Below are positions 36,697 through 45,950 of a DNA stretch of 45,950 bases, piece after piece. The notes below the pieces were generated by a model. It was given only the letters and a program-made list of their open reading frames with translations, did no database searches and had not been told where the DNA came from. Each line of letters begins with the position of its first letter. Positions within the stretch are counted from its first letter, which is position 1. The stretch is from Mobilicoccus sp. (lineage in GTDB: Bacteria > Actinomycetota > Actinomycetes > Actinomycetales > Dermatophilaceae). Location: NCBI GenBank assembly GCA_032100225.1, contig DAMDJY010000001.1, positions 1-45,950 on the forward strand, read 5' to 3'. A program made the translations under genes and the position numbers.

Positions 36697-37829
36697 CCGG
36701 ATACGACGCCGGTGGTGACGCCGGCAGCGATGCCGATCTGACCTACGAGGCGGACGGCTCCTTCGACATCTCCGAGCGCATCGTCGACCCCGGCGCCATC
36801 GAGGGCGACGAGCAGCGCGTCGAGGCGGCGCTGCGCCCGCGGCGTCTCTCGGAGTTTCCCGGCCAGCCGCGGGTGCGCGAACAGTTGTCGCTCGTGTTGG
36901 AGGCGGCCAAACGCCGTGGTGCCCCGCCCGATCACATTCTGTTGTCCGGACCCCCCGGCCTCGGTAAGACGACCCTGGCGATGATCTCGGCGGCCGAGCT
37001 GGAGGCGCCGATCCGCATCACGAGCGGCCCGGCCATCCAGCACGCGGGCGACCTCGCCTCGATCCTCTCGTCGCTCACCGAGGGGGAGGTGCTCTTTCTC
37101 GACGAGATCCACCGCATGAGCCGCCCTGCCGAGGAGATGCTCTACCTGGCGATGGAGGACTTCCGCGTCGACATCATCGTCGGCAAAGGGCCCGGTGCCA
37201 CAGCCATTCCCCTCGAACTCGCGCCGTTCACCGTGGTGGGCGCCACGACCCGCGCGGGGCTGCTGCCCGCGCCGCTGCGTGACCGGTTCGGTTTTACCGG
37301 CCACCTCGACTTCTACGACCCGGCCGACCTCGAGACGATCCTGCACCGCTCGGCGCGGCTGCTCGGCATCGAGGCCGAGGCCGCGGGCATCACCGAGATC
37401 GCGAAGCGTTCTCGCGGCACACCTCGCATCGCCAATCGCCTCCTGCGCCGGGTGCGGGACTGGGCGCAGGTCCACGGCCGCCACGTCGTCGACCTCGACG
37501 CGGCCGACGCGGCCCTGGCCCTGTTCGACGTCGACGAGCGCGGGCTGGATCGCCTCGACCGGGGAGTGCTGGAGGCGCTGTGCACCCGGTTCGCCGGCGG
37601 CCCGGTCGGCCTGTCGACCCTCGCGGTCGCCGTCAGCGAAGAATCGGACACCGTCGAGACCGTCGCCGAGCCGTATCTGGTCCGCGAGGGGTACATCGTG
37701 CGAACGCCCCGCGGACGGATGGCGACATCTCTGGCTTGGTCCCACCTCGGGCTGCGCCCACCGGCCTCCCAGGCGGGCCCGGCGATCCTCGACGGGCAGG
37801 TCCCTCTGCCCCTCAACCAGGACGACTGA
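36693..37829 (+). CDS. ruvB: Holliday junction DNA helicase
   Basis: [55 protein letters not shown]. Confidence 0.97.
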   Translation: MTGYDAGGDAGSDADLTYEADGSFDISERIVDPGAIEGDEQRVEAALRPRRLSEFPGQPRVREQLSLVLEAAKRRGAPPDHILLSGPPGLGKTTLAMISAAELEAPIRITSGPAIQHAGDLASILSSLTEGEVLFLDEIHRMSRPAEEMLYLAMEDFRVDIIVGKGPGATAIPLELAPFTVVGATTRAGLLPAPLRDRFGFTGHLDFYDPADLETILHRSARLLGIEAEAAGITEIAKRSRGTPRIANRLLRRVRDWAQVHGRHVVDLDAADAALALFDVDERGLDRLDRGVLEALCTRFAGGPVGLSTLAVAVSEESDTVETVAEPYLVREGYIVRTPRGRMATSLAWSHLGLRPPASQAGPAILDGQVPLPLNQDD

Positions 37830-38012
37830 CCACGTCATCACCGCCCCGACCAGGGCGGTTCTCTCGGCGAGGCTGTTGGCGTACTCCCATGAACGTCACC
37901 TAAACTCGACCAGGTGCCTCGGTGAGGCATGTCCGGTCAGGCAGGGGGATTCGGCCACCGGGCGCACCCGGCCCGCAGCCCCCCGCGGGTCCACCCGACG
38001 ACGAGGATCTCG

Positions 38013-38339
38013 ATGGATTCGCTCTTTGGCCTGCTGCCGTTGCTGATGTTGGTGGCGCTGATGATCTGGATGCTCGTCTCTCAGCGGCGCCGCCAGCGCG
38101 AGGTCGCCGCGATGCAGGCCTCACTCGTCGTCGGCGACGAGGTTCTCACCGTCGGAGGCATCATCGGGCGTCTGGTCTCCGTCGATGGCCCCATCGTGGG
38201 CCTCGACGTGAGCGACGGCGTCGTCATTCGTATCGACCGCCGGACGGTCTCGGGCCGCACGAGCGATGTGCCGATCTTCGGCACCTCCGCCGTGCGCACC
38301 GAGGGCACCGACGGTCCCGTCATCTCTGGGCAGGATTGA
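38013..38339 (+). CDS. yajC: Preprotein translocase subunit
   Basis: N-terminal transmembrane helix, QRRRQR, L.VGDEVLT.GGI.G; directly upstream of secD. Confidence 0.88.
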   Translation: MDSLFGLLPLLMLVALMIWMLVSQRRRQREVAAMQASLVVGDEVLTVGGIIGRLVSVDGPIVGLDVSDGVVIRIDRRTVSGRTSDVPIFGTSAVRTEGTDGPVISGQD

Positions 38340-38341
38340 GC

Positions 38342-40342
38342 ATGGCCAACCCGACCATCCGCGGGGCCATGCGCTCCCTGTTCGCCATGGCGGCCATCGT
38401 GCTCGCCCTCCTCATCGCCGTCGGCTCCACCGTTCAGTGGGCCGGTGGGCAGTGGACACCCAAGCTCGGTCTCGACCTCGAGGGCGGTACTCAGATGGTG
38501 CTCGCTCCGCAGGTGGGTGAGGGCCAGAGCGTCAACGAGCAGCAGCTCTCCCAGGCCGTCGACATCATCCGTGCCCGCGTCGACGGGCAGGGTGTCTCCG
38601 AGGCCGAGGTCTCCACCCTCGGCAGCAACGTTGTCGTCACCGTGCCCGGCCAGATGACGCGTGAGCAGGAGGAGATGCTGCGGCAGTCGTCGCAGATGCG
38701 TTTCCGTCCGGTCATCGCGGTTCTTCCTGTCGAGCCGGCCCCGGCACCCACCGCGACGGGTACCGGAGAGGTCGCTCCGCCTGCTGACTCCGTCGCGCCG
38801 GGAGCCACGGGCTCCCCGTCGGCGTCCGCCAAGCCCAAGGCCAGCCCCTCCGCATCGGGCAAGCCGAGCGCCGCCCCGACTCCTGCGCCCACGACAACGG
38901 CCAATGCTGTTGCGGCGCAAGCCTTGCAGCGTCCGGCAGTCGACGCCCCGGCGCCGACGCCCACGGCCAACCCGACCGACCTGCTGCGTCAGCCGGTCCC
39001 TGAAGAGGCCGCCCCCGGTCTGCCCAAGATCACCGCGGAGCAGCGCAAGGACCCGCAGAAGCTCATCGAGTACGCCACCAACGAGGCGTGGATGGGCAAC
39101 CCTAAGTACATCGAGGAGATCCAGGCGCTCGACTGCAGCAAGCCGCGTGCGTCCGCAGCCGCCGAGGACCCCGACACCGCGATGGTGGCGTGTGACTCGG
39201 AGGGGCAGTTCAAGTACCTCCTCGGCCCGTCGGTCATCGACGGTGACCAGCTCGCCGATGCGAGCTCCGGTCCGGCCACCAACAACCAGGGTCAGCCGAT
39301 CCCGGGTACCGAGGTGCGCCTGCAGATGAAGAAGGACGCCGTCGAGCCCTACCGGGTCGCGAGCTCCTACATGGTGGGCCTCGAGCAGCCCCGCAACCAG
39401 ATGGCCACGGTTCTCGACGGCCGCGTGGTCTCGGCGCCCTACTTCTCCAGCCCCATCCCCGACGGCGTGGCCTCCATCAGCGGCAACTTCGACGCCGACT
39501 CCGGCCAACTGCTCGCCGACCAGCTCAAGTTCGGTGCACTGCCGATGTCGTTCGCGGTGCAGAGCTCCGAGCAGGTCAGTCCCACCGTCGGTGGTGACCA
39601 GCTCAACCTCGGTATCGTCGCGGGCCTCATCGGTCTGGGCCTGGTCGTCCTGTACTTCTTCTGGCAGTACCGGGTCCTCGGCTTGGTCACCACCGCGTCG
39701 CTGGTCATCGTCGCGATCGTCACCTACCTGATGCTCACGCTGCTCGGCTGGGGCTACAACCTGCGCCTGACTCTCGCCGGTGTCACGGGCGCCATCGTCG
39801 CCATCGGCACGACGGCCGACTCGTTCATCGTCTACTTCGAACGCGTTCGAGACGAAGTGCGTGAGGGGCGTGCGGTGCAGTCGGCCACGCAGACCGGGTG
39901 GGCACGCGCCAAGCAGACCATCCTGATCTCGGGCGGAGTCAACTTCCTCGCTGCTCTCGTGCTCTACATCCTGGCGGCCAGCAACGTGCGCGGCTTCGCG
40001 TTCATGCTCATGCTCACCACGATCATCGACCTGCTCGTGACGTTCCTGTTCACGCACCCGATGCTCTTGGCGCTGACCCGCACGAAGTTCTTCGGTGAGG
40101 GCCACACGTGGTCGGGCCTCTCGGCCGAGAGCCTCGGCGTCGACCGCGGCCGCTACCTCGGACGTGGCCGCTACGGCCGCCCCGGCGGGGGAAGCGCGAC
40201 GACGGCCGGAGCCGGTGGAGCGACCGCCTATGAGGGAACCATCGGCATCGACGGCGATGACGTGTACGACGCAGACACCCACACCGACTCCGACTCGGCG
40301 AGCGACGAGCTCACCGCCGGCCCCGGAAGGGACAACCGATGA
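38342..40342 (+). CDS. secD: Protein translocase subunit
   Basis: LGLDLEGG, IIRARVDG.GVSE, VLDG.VVSAP, LKFGALP, AIG..ADSFIVYFERVRDE, VRGFA. Confidence 0.95.
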   Translation: MANPTIRGAMRSLFAMAAIVLALLIAVGSTVQWAGGQWTPKLGLDLEGGTQMVLAPQVGEGQSVNEQQLSQAVDIIRARVDGQGVSEAEVSTLGSNVVVTVPGQMTREQEEMLRQSSQMRFRPVIAVLPVEPAPAPTATGTGEVAPPADSVAPGATGSPSASAKPKASPSASGKPSAAPTPAPTTTANAVAAQALQRPAVDAPAPTPTANPTDLLRQPVPEEAAPGLPKITAEQRKDPQKLIEYATNEAWMGNPKYIEEIQALDCSKPRASAAAEDPDTAMVACDSEGQFKYLLGPSVIDGDQLADASSGPATNNQGQPIPGTEVRLQMKKDAVEPYRVASSYMVGLEQPRNQMATVLDGRVVSAPYFSSPIPDGVASISGNFDADSGQLLADQLKFGALPMSFAVQSSEQVSPTVGGDQLNLGIVAGLIGLGLVVLYFFWQYRVLGLVTTASLVIVAIVTYLMLTLLGWGYNLRLTLAGVTGAIVAIGTTADSFIVYFERVRDEVREGRAVQSATQTGWARAKQTILISGGVNFLAALVLYILAASNVRGFAFMLMLTTIIDLLVTFLFTHPMLLALTRTKFFGEGHTWSGLSAESLGVDRGRYLGRGRYGRPGGGSATTAGAGGATAYEGTIGIDGDDVYDADTHTDSDSASDELTAGPGRDNR

Positions 40343-41574
40343 GCCGCTTCTCCGACCTCGGCAACGACCTCTACACAGGTCGCCGATCATTCGACTTCGT
40401 CGGGCGCGCCAAGACCTGGTATCTGCTCTCGGGCGTCCTGTTGCTCATCACCCTCGCGGGCCTCGGGATTCGCGGCGGTGTCAACCTCGGTATCGAGTTC
40501 ACCGGTGGCTCCGACTTTCGCGTGCCGGGCGTCACCAACATGGACAACTTCGAGGCCCGCGCGACCGAGGTCGTGCGCGACGTGGGCAAGGTGGACCAGG
40601 CGTCGGTGACGCAGGTCGGCACCGACTCCGTCCGCGTCCAGACCGCCCGGTTCGACGACCGGCGCGCCATCGACGTCCGCGACGGCCTCGCCAAGGAATT
40701 CGGGGTGCCCGGCGACACCGTGGCCAGTTCCGTCATCGGCCCCTCGTGGGGCGAGTCAGTGACCAATGATGCGCTGCGCGCCCTCGGGATCTTCCTGATC
40801 CTGGTCTCGGTGGTGTTGGCCCTGTACTTCCGCACCTGGAAGATGGCCGCAGCCGCCCTCGTCGCGCTGATCCACGACATCCTGTTCACCGTCGGCATCT
40901 ACACGCTGGCCGGGTTCGAGGTCACGCCCGCCTCGGCCATCGGGTTCCTGACCATCCTCGGTTACTCGATGTACGACACGGTCGTCGTGTTCGACAAGGT
41001 GCGCGAGAACACCAACGACGCGTTCCGCCGCGGCAACCTCACCTACGGCGAGGCGGCCAACCTGGCCATCAACCAGACCGTCGTCCGCTCGATCAACACG
41101 TCCATGGTCGCGCTGTTGCCGGTGGCGGTCATCCTCGTCATGTCGTGGGTCGTCATCGGCCCGGGCACGCTGCGTGACCTGTCGTTGGCGTTGTTCATCG
41201 GTATCGCCGTGGGCACCTACTCGTCGATCTTCATCGCCACGCCGCTGCTGGTCGGCATGCGGCGGGGGGAGAAGTCGGTGCGGGCACTGGCCGACCGCGT
41301 CACCAAGTACCGGGAGCGTGCGGCCCTCGACGGTGACGCTGGTCCGGTGCTCCTGGCCGGTGTCGGCTCGCGGGGCTCCTCGACGGGTTCAGCTGTCTCT
41401 GCTGTCAGTGAGTCTCCGTCGTCGGTCGCCACGCCTGTGGTGGACGCTACTGCGGCGAGTCCCCTCGGCGAGGGGGTCACGGCGACGGGCCGTCCTATCC
41501 ATCCCTACGCGAAGCGCGCGCAGGAGGTCGAGACCAAGCTGGCGCGCGAGCAGCGCCGACGCGGGGAGAAGTGA
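40339..41574 (+). CDS. secF: Protein translocase subunit
   Basis: LGIEFTGG, IGPSWG, ALIHD, GYSMYDTVVVFDKVREN, RSINTS, GTYSSIFIATP. Confidence 0.95.
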   Translation: MSRFSDLGNDLYTGRRSFDFVGRAKTWYLLSGVLLLITLAGLGIRGGVNLGIEFTGGSDFRVPGVTNMDNFEARATEVVRDVGKVDQASVTQVGTDSVRVQTARFDDRRAIDVRDGLAKEFGVPGDTVASSVIGPSWGESVTNDALRALGIFLILVSVVLALYFRTWKMAAAALVALIHDILFTVGIYTLAGFEVTPASAIGFLTILGYSMYDTVVVFDKVRENTNDAFRRGNLTYGEAANLAINQTVVRSINTSMVALLPVAVILVMSWVVIGPGTLRDLSLALFIGIAVGTYSSIFIATPLLVGMRRGEKSVRALADRVTKYRERAALDGDAGPVLLAGVGSRGSSTGSAVSAVSESPSSVATPVVDATAASPLGEGVTATGRPIHPYAKRAQEVETKLAREQRRRGEK

Positions 41575-42173
41575 TGACGGAACCCCAGCCGGCGACGCAG
41601 CTGCAGGGCGGGCATGCAGATGAGTCACCGGTAAAGTCGGGTCACGTGACCGATTCCCTCGCCTCGCTCGTCGCCTCCACGCTGCGCGACATCCACGACT
41701 TTCCCGGGCCGGGGGTCGTCTTCAAGGACTTCACCCCGCTGCTGGCCGACCACGGCGCCTTCGCTGCTGTCGTCGACGACGTCGTCGACCGCTTCAAGGG
41801 CAAGGTCGACGCCATCGTCGGGATCGAAGCCCGTGGGTTCATGATCGGCGCGGCCGCGGCCTATGCGATGGGCGTCGGTTTCGTGCCGGTGCGCAAGGCG
41901 GGCAAGCTGCCGCACAGCACCGAGTCGATCAGCTACGCGCTTGAGTACGGCCAGGCGACCATCGAGATCCACACCGACGCGGTGGCCGCGGGCAGCCGCG
42001 TTCTCGTCGTCGACGACGTTCTGGCGACCGGCGGCACTGCTGCTGCGACGTGCGACCTCGTCGAGCGGTTGGGTGCGACGGTCGTGGGTGTCGACATCGT
42101 CGTGGAGATCGTCGCGCTCGGGGGCCGAGCGGCTCTCGGAGACCGACCGCTGCACGCAATCCTGCAGGTCTAG
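41571..42173 (+). CDS. apt: Adenine phosphoribosyltransferase
   Basis: [41 protein letters not shown]. Start may be GTG 41646. Confidence 0.94.
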   Translation: MMTEPQPATQLQGGHADESPVKSGHVTDSLASLVASTLRDIHDFPGPGVVFKDFTPLLADHGAFAAVVDDVVDRFKGKVDAIVGIEARGFMIGAAAAYAMGVGFVPVRKAGKLPHSTESISYALEYGQATIEIHTDAVAAGSRVLVVDDVLATGGTAAATCDLVERLGATVVGVDIVVEIVALGGRAALGDRPLHAILQV

Positions 42174-42189
42174 CCCCTACACTCGGTCC

Positions 42190-44559
42190 ATGAATGCGAC
42201 AGGAGTGCCGGATCCGGGAGTGGCCGGCTCCCCGCCGCGGCCGCCTGCGGCTGCTCCCGCCTCCGGCTCGGGGGGCTCATCGGTGGGTGCGAGCATGCGG
42301 GCGCGACTGGCCCGCCTCGGCTCGCGACACGCCGTGTACCCGGAGCTCGAGCCACTCCTTCGCGCCGTGCGCGCGACCCACCCCAAGGCCGACGTGTCGG
42401 TGTTGGAGCGGGCCTTCGAGACGGCCTCGGAATGGCACTCCGGGCAGGTGCGCAAGAACGGCGACCCGTACATCACCCACCCGCTGGCGGTGACGTCGAT
42501 CCTCGCCGAGCTCGGTATGCCCCCGACGACTTTGGCGGCAGCGATGCTGCACGACACCGTCGAGGACACCGGCTACACCCTCGAAGCGCTCCGGGCCGAC
42601 TACGGCCCCGAGATCGCGATGCTCGTCGACGGCGTCACCAAGCTCGACAAGGTCACCTATGGCGACGCGGCGCAGGCCGAGACCGTGCGCAAGATGGTGA
42701 TCGCGATGGCCCGCGACATCCGTGTGCTCGTCATCAAGCTGGCCGACCGGCTGCACAACGCCCGCACCTGGCGGTACGTCTCGGCGGAGTCGGCCTCCAA
42801 GAAGGCCCGCGAGACCCTCGAGATCTACGCGCCGCTGGCCCACCGTCTCGGCATGAATACCATCAAGTGGGAGCTGGAGGACCTCGCATTCGCGACTCTC
42901 TACCCCAAGGTGTACGACGAGATCGTGCGCCTGGTGGCCGAACGTGCCCCGGCGCGTGACGAGTACCTGACGCAGGTCAAGAAGCAGGTCAGCGACGATC
43001 TCAGTGCTGCCCGGATCACGGCCAGCGTCACCGGTCGGCCCAAGCACTACTACTCCGTGTACCAGAAGATGATCGTGCGCGGCCGTGACTTCGAGGACAT
43101 CTACGACCTCGTCGCCGTGCGTGTGCTGGTCGACACGGTGCGCGACTGCTACGCGGCTCTGGGCACGATGCACGCGCGATGGAAGCCCATGCCCGGGCGG
43201 TTCAAGGACTACATCGCGATGCCCAAGTTCAACATGTACCAGTCGCTGCACACGACGGTCGTGGGCCCGGGTGGCAAACCGGTCGAGATCCAGATTCGTA
43301 CCCACTCGATGCATCGCCGCGCCGAATACGGTGTCGCCGCCCACTGGAAGTACAAGGAGGTCAACGGCGCCGTCGCCACACCTCCCACCGGCCCGGAGTC
43401 CGGTGACAGCACCGACATGGCCTGGCTGCGGCAGCTCGTCGACTGGCAGAAGGAGACCGCCGACCCCGGCGAGTTCCTCGATTCGCTGCGGTTCGAGATC
43501 AACGCCCAGGAGGTGTTCGCGTTCACGCCCAAGGGCGGTGTCATCGCGTTGCCGCTGGGCTCGACGCCGGTCGACTTCGCCTACGCCGTTCACACCGAGG
43601 TCGGACACCACTGCATCGGTGGCCGCGTCAACGGTCGCCTCGTGCCGCTCGAATCACGGCTCGAGAACGGCGACGTCGTCGAGATCCTCACGAGCAAGGC
43701 CGACGGCGCCGGACCCTCGCGTGACTGGCTGACATTCGTCAAGAGCCCACGCGCCCGTAACAAGATTCGGCAGTGGTTCACCAAGGAGCGCCGCGAAGAG
43801 GCCATCGAGCTCGGCCGTGAGGAGATCGCGAAGGCACTGCGCAAGCAGAACCTGCCGCTGCAACGCATCCTCAACGCCGACACGTTGCAGGCTATCGCGG
43901 ACGACCTGCGTTACCCCGACATCAGTGGGCTGTATGCCGCGGTTGGGGAGAACAACGTCTCCCCGCAGACCGTGGTCGAGCGCATCATCGCCGCGAACGG
44001 TGGCGAGGACGGGGCAGAGGAGGACCTCGCCGAAGCCACGCTGCCCGGCATGCCGGGTCGCGCCCCGCGTCGTCGTAACACCGAGACCGGTGTCGTCGTC
44101 GCCGATACGAGCGGTGTCGAGACCAAACTCGCCAAGTGCTGCACGCCCGTGCCCGGTGACGCCATCATGGGCTTCACCACGCGCGGCGGGTACGTCTCGG
44201 TGCACCGCACGGCCTGCACCAACGCCGACAGCCTGCAGGCGCACCCCGAGCGTCTGGTCACGGTGTCGTGGTCGCCCTCGGCGGCGAGCATGTTCCTCGT
44301 GCAGTTGCAGGTCGAGGCACTCGACCGCAGCCGGCTGCTCTCCGATGTCACCCGCGTGCTGTCGGATCACCACGTCAACATCCTCTCGGCGGCGGTCAGC
44401 ACGTCTCGGGACCGCGTGGCGATCTCCAAGTTCACGTTCGAGATGGGGGACCCCAGCCACCTCGAACACGTCATCCGCGCGGTGCGACGCATCGACGGCG
44501 TGTTCGACGTCTACCGGGTCTCCGGCATCAAGGGGCAACGCGAGTTCGCGTCGTCCTGA
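42190..44559 (+). CDS. rel: Bifunctional (p)ppGpp synthetase/hydrolase
   Basis: [45 protein letters not shown] (TPVDFAY.VHT), AKCC.P, ACT domain. ATG lies 6 nt after -10 TACACT. Confidence 0.97.
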   Translation: MNATGVPDPGVAGSPPRPPAAAPASGSGGSSVGASMRARLARLGSRHAVYPELEPLLRAVRATHPKADVSVLERAFETASEWHSGQVRKNGDPYITHPLAVTSILAELGMPPTTLAAAMLHDTVEDTGYTLEALRADYGPEIAMLVDGVTKLDKVTYGDAAQAETVRKMVIAMARDIRVLVIKLADRLHNARTWRYVSAESASKKARETLEIYAPLAHRLGMNTIKWELEDLAFATLYPKVYDEIVRLVAERAPARDEYLTQVKKQVSDDLSAARITASVTGRPKHYYSVYQKMIVRGRDFEDIYDLVAVRVLVDTVRDCYAALGTMHARWKPMPGRFKDYIAMPKFNMYQSLHTTVVGPGGKPVEIQIRTHSMHRRAEYGVAAHWKYKEVNGAVATPPTGPESGDSTDMAWLRQLVDWQKETADPGEFLDSLRFEINAQEVFAFTPKGGVIALPLGSTPVDFAYAVHTEVGHHCIGGRVNGRLVPLESRLENGDVVEILTSKADGAGPSRDWLTFVKSPRARNKIRQWFTKERREEAIELGREEIAKALRKQNLPLQRILNADTLQAIADDLRYPDISGLYAAVGENNVSPQTVVERIIAANGGEDGAEEDLAEATLPGMPGRAPRRRNTETGVVVADTSGVETKLAKCCTPVPGDAIMGFTTRGGYVSVHRTACTNADSLQAHPERLVTVSWSPSAASMFLVQLQVEALDRSRLLSDVTRVLSDHHVNILSAAVSTSRDRVAISKFTFEMGDPSHLEHVIRAVRRIDGVFDVYRVSGIKGQREFASS

Positions 44560-44624
44560 TCTGCGACGGCGCGTCTGTTCGGACCTACTCGGATCTGATC
44601 CGGTCGGGTCCGGAGCGCGCGTGA

Positions 44625-44672
44625 CAGCGGCCGGCGGCCCAGGGAATCGAATCCCTGAGCCGCCGGCCGCTG
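44625..44672. terminator. Bidirectional hairpin between rel and DUF349 gene
   Basis: CAGCGGCCGGCGGC-C-CAGGGA / TCCCTG-A-GCCGCCGGCCGCTG. Confidence 0.8.
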
Positions 44673-44688
44673 CTGCGTGGTGTGCGAC

Positions 44689-45948
44689 TCAGCCGCTGAA
44701 CTCCTCCAGGCCGGCGCGCACCTGCTCCAGCCACGCCTCGCGTGCCTCGAGGGCCTCGCGGGCCTTGGCGATCTTCTTGGCGTCGCCGGCAGCCTCGGCC
44801 TTGGCGAGGTCGCCGCGTAGCCCCTCGACCGCAGCTTCGAGCTGGGTGACCATGCTGTTGGCGCGGGCGGCGACCTCGGGGTCGGTGCGCTTCCACTTCT
44901 GCTGGTCGGCATCACGGATGGCGGTCTCGACCTTGCGCATACCGTCTTCCATGCGCTTGATGGCGGCGCGCGGAACCTTGCCGGCGGCGTCCCACTTCTC
45001 CTGAATCGGGCGCAGCCGGGCCTTGGCCGCCTCGACGTCCTTGATCGGGAGGATGGCCTGAGCCTGCTTGAGCAGTTCCTCCTTGATCGCGAGGTTGGCC
45101 TCGAACTCGACGTTCTCGGAGGCGACCACCTCGTCCTTGGCGGCGAAGAACGCGTCCTGAGCGGCCTTGAAACGGGTCCACAGGGCGTCGTCATCGCTGC
45201 GCGAGGCGCGTCCGGCCTGGCGCCACTGGTCCATGAGGCGCTTGAAGGCGCCTGCGGTCTGGCCCCAGTCGGTGCTGCTCTTGAGGGTCTCGGCCTCGGC
45301 GACGAGCTCCTCCTTGCGCGCCTTGGCCTCGGCCTGTGCCGAGCCGAGCTGTGCGAAGTGGACGCGGCGCATCTTGTCGAACGAGTTGCGCGAGGAGGAG
45401 AGGCGGTGCCACAGGGCCTGCTCGCTCTCACGGTCGAGCTTGGGGCCGTTGCGCTGGGCGTTCTTCCACTCGTCGAGCAGCTCGCGCATGCGGGCGCTGC
45501 TCTGCTTCCACTGCACTTTTTCCTCGGGCTGGCCGGCGAGCTTCTCGGCCTCGGCCACGATGGCCTCCCGGGCGGCCAGGGCCTCGGCGCGAGCCGCGGA
45601 CCGCTCCTGGTTCTCGGTGGTGCGACGCACCTCCACCGCGGTGGCGATGTCCTCGATGCGTACGTAGAGGGCGGGGAAGTCGCCGACGGCGCGCAGGTCG
45701 GCGATGGCCTCGCGCAGACGCTTGAGGCCCTCGGCGCCGTCCTTGGCGGACATGTCGGTCTGCGTCACACGCTGATGCAACAGCTCGGCCAGAGCAGCGA
45801 CCTCGTCGAACTTGCGACCGAAGTAGGCCATGGCCTCCTCGGGAGTCGCGCCGGGGTAGGAGCCGACCTCCTTCTCCTCGTCGCCGATGCGCACGAACAC
45901 GGTGCCGTCCTCGGCCACCCGCCCGAACTTGGTGGGGTCACTGGCCAC
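44689..45948 (-). CDS. DUF349 domain-containing protein
   Basis: FGRV.EDGTVFV, VGSYP...PEEA.AYF.RKF and repeated W...G.....D.LW.RF..A...FF coiled-coil units. Start is at the window edge and may extend upstream. Confidence 0.82.
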   Translation of the reverse strand: MASDPTKFGRVAEDGTVFVRIGDEEKEVGSYPGATPEEAMAYFGRKFDEVAALAELLHQRVTQTDMSAKDGAEGLKRLREAIADLRAVGDFPALYVRIEDIATAVEVRRTTENQERSAARAEALAAREAIVAEAEKLAGQPEEKVQWKQSSARMRELLDEWKNAQRNGPKLDRESEQALWHRLSSSRNSFDKMRRVHFAQLGSAQAEAKARKEELVAEAETLKSSTDWGQTAGAFKRLMDQWRQAGRASRSDDDALWTRFKAAQDAFFAAKDEVVASENVEFEANLAIKEELLKQAQAILPIKDVEAAKARLRPIQEKWDAAGKVPRAAIKRMEDGMRKVETAIRDADQQKWKRTDPEVAARANSMVTQLEAAVEGLRGDLAKAEAAGDAKKIAKAREALEAREAWLEQVRAGLEEFSG

Positions 45949-45950
45949 GT

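Noticed and set aside
1255..45725. Many long overlapping or antisense ORFs (e.g. 1255-2856, 18504-20282, 28789-31032, 38081-40390)
   Set aside because: These are expected shadows of real genes in high-GC DNA where stop codons are rare. The translations are R/P/S/A-rich or antisense-patterned and lack recognisable motifs.

Overview
High-GC actinobacterial chromosome, most like Micrococcales (Dermatophilaceae/Intrasporangiaceae-like); this is inferred from gene order and promoter style only. The window is mostly conserved core genome: the 3' part of dxs, an XRE-HTH/MurA fusion, fadB-fadA, rnd, DUF3000, hemE and hemQ, msrB, Prim-Pol and ligC, an alpha/beta hydrolase-ppk2 pair, glgX, four tRNAs (Gly-GCC, Cys-GCA, Val-GAC, Val-CAC), rlmA, thrS, HIT, EF-G2, pgsA, pdxS/pdxT, yebC, ruvCAB, yajC-secD-secF, apt, rel and DUF349. 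I see no integrase, transposase, prophage or CRISPR array. Best leads: (1) a MurA with intact catalytic residues fused to an XRE helix-turn-helix, with a palindrome on its own leaderless promoter (candidate self-regulating enzyme); (2) a class III PPK2 with a repeat-built lysine-rich tail; (3) a decaying rocD that has lost its start codon and PLP-lysine; (4) a PafBC motif and a LexA box in tandem before ruvC; (5) expected genes missing from conserved clusters (hemY, patA/pimA). All calls come from reading motifs by eye; no database searches were run.
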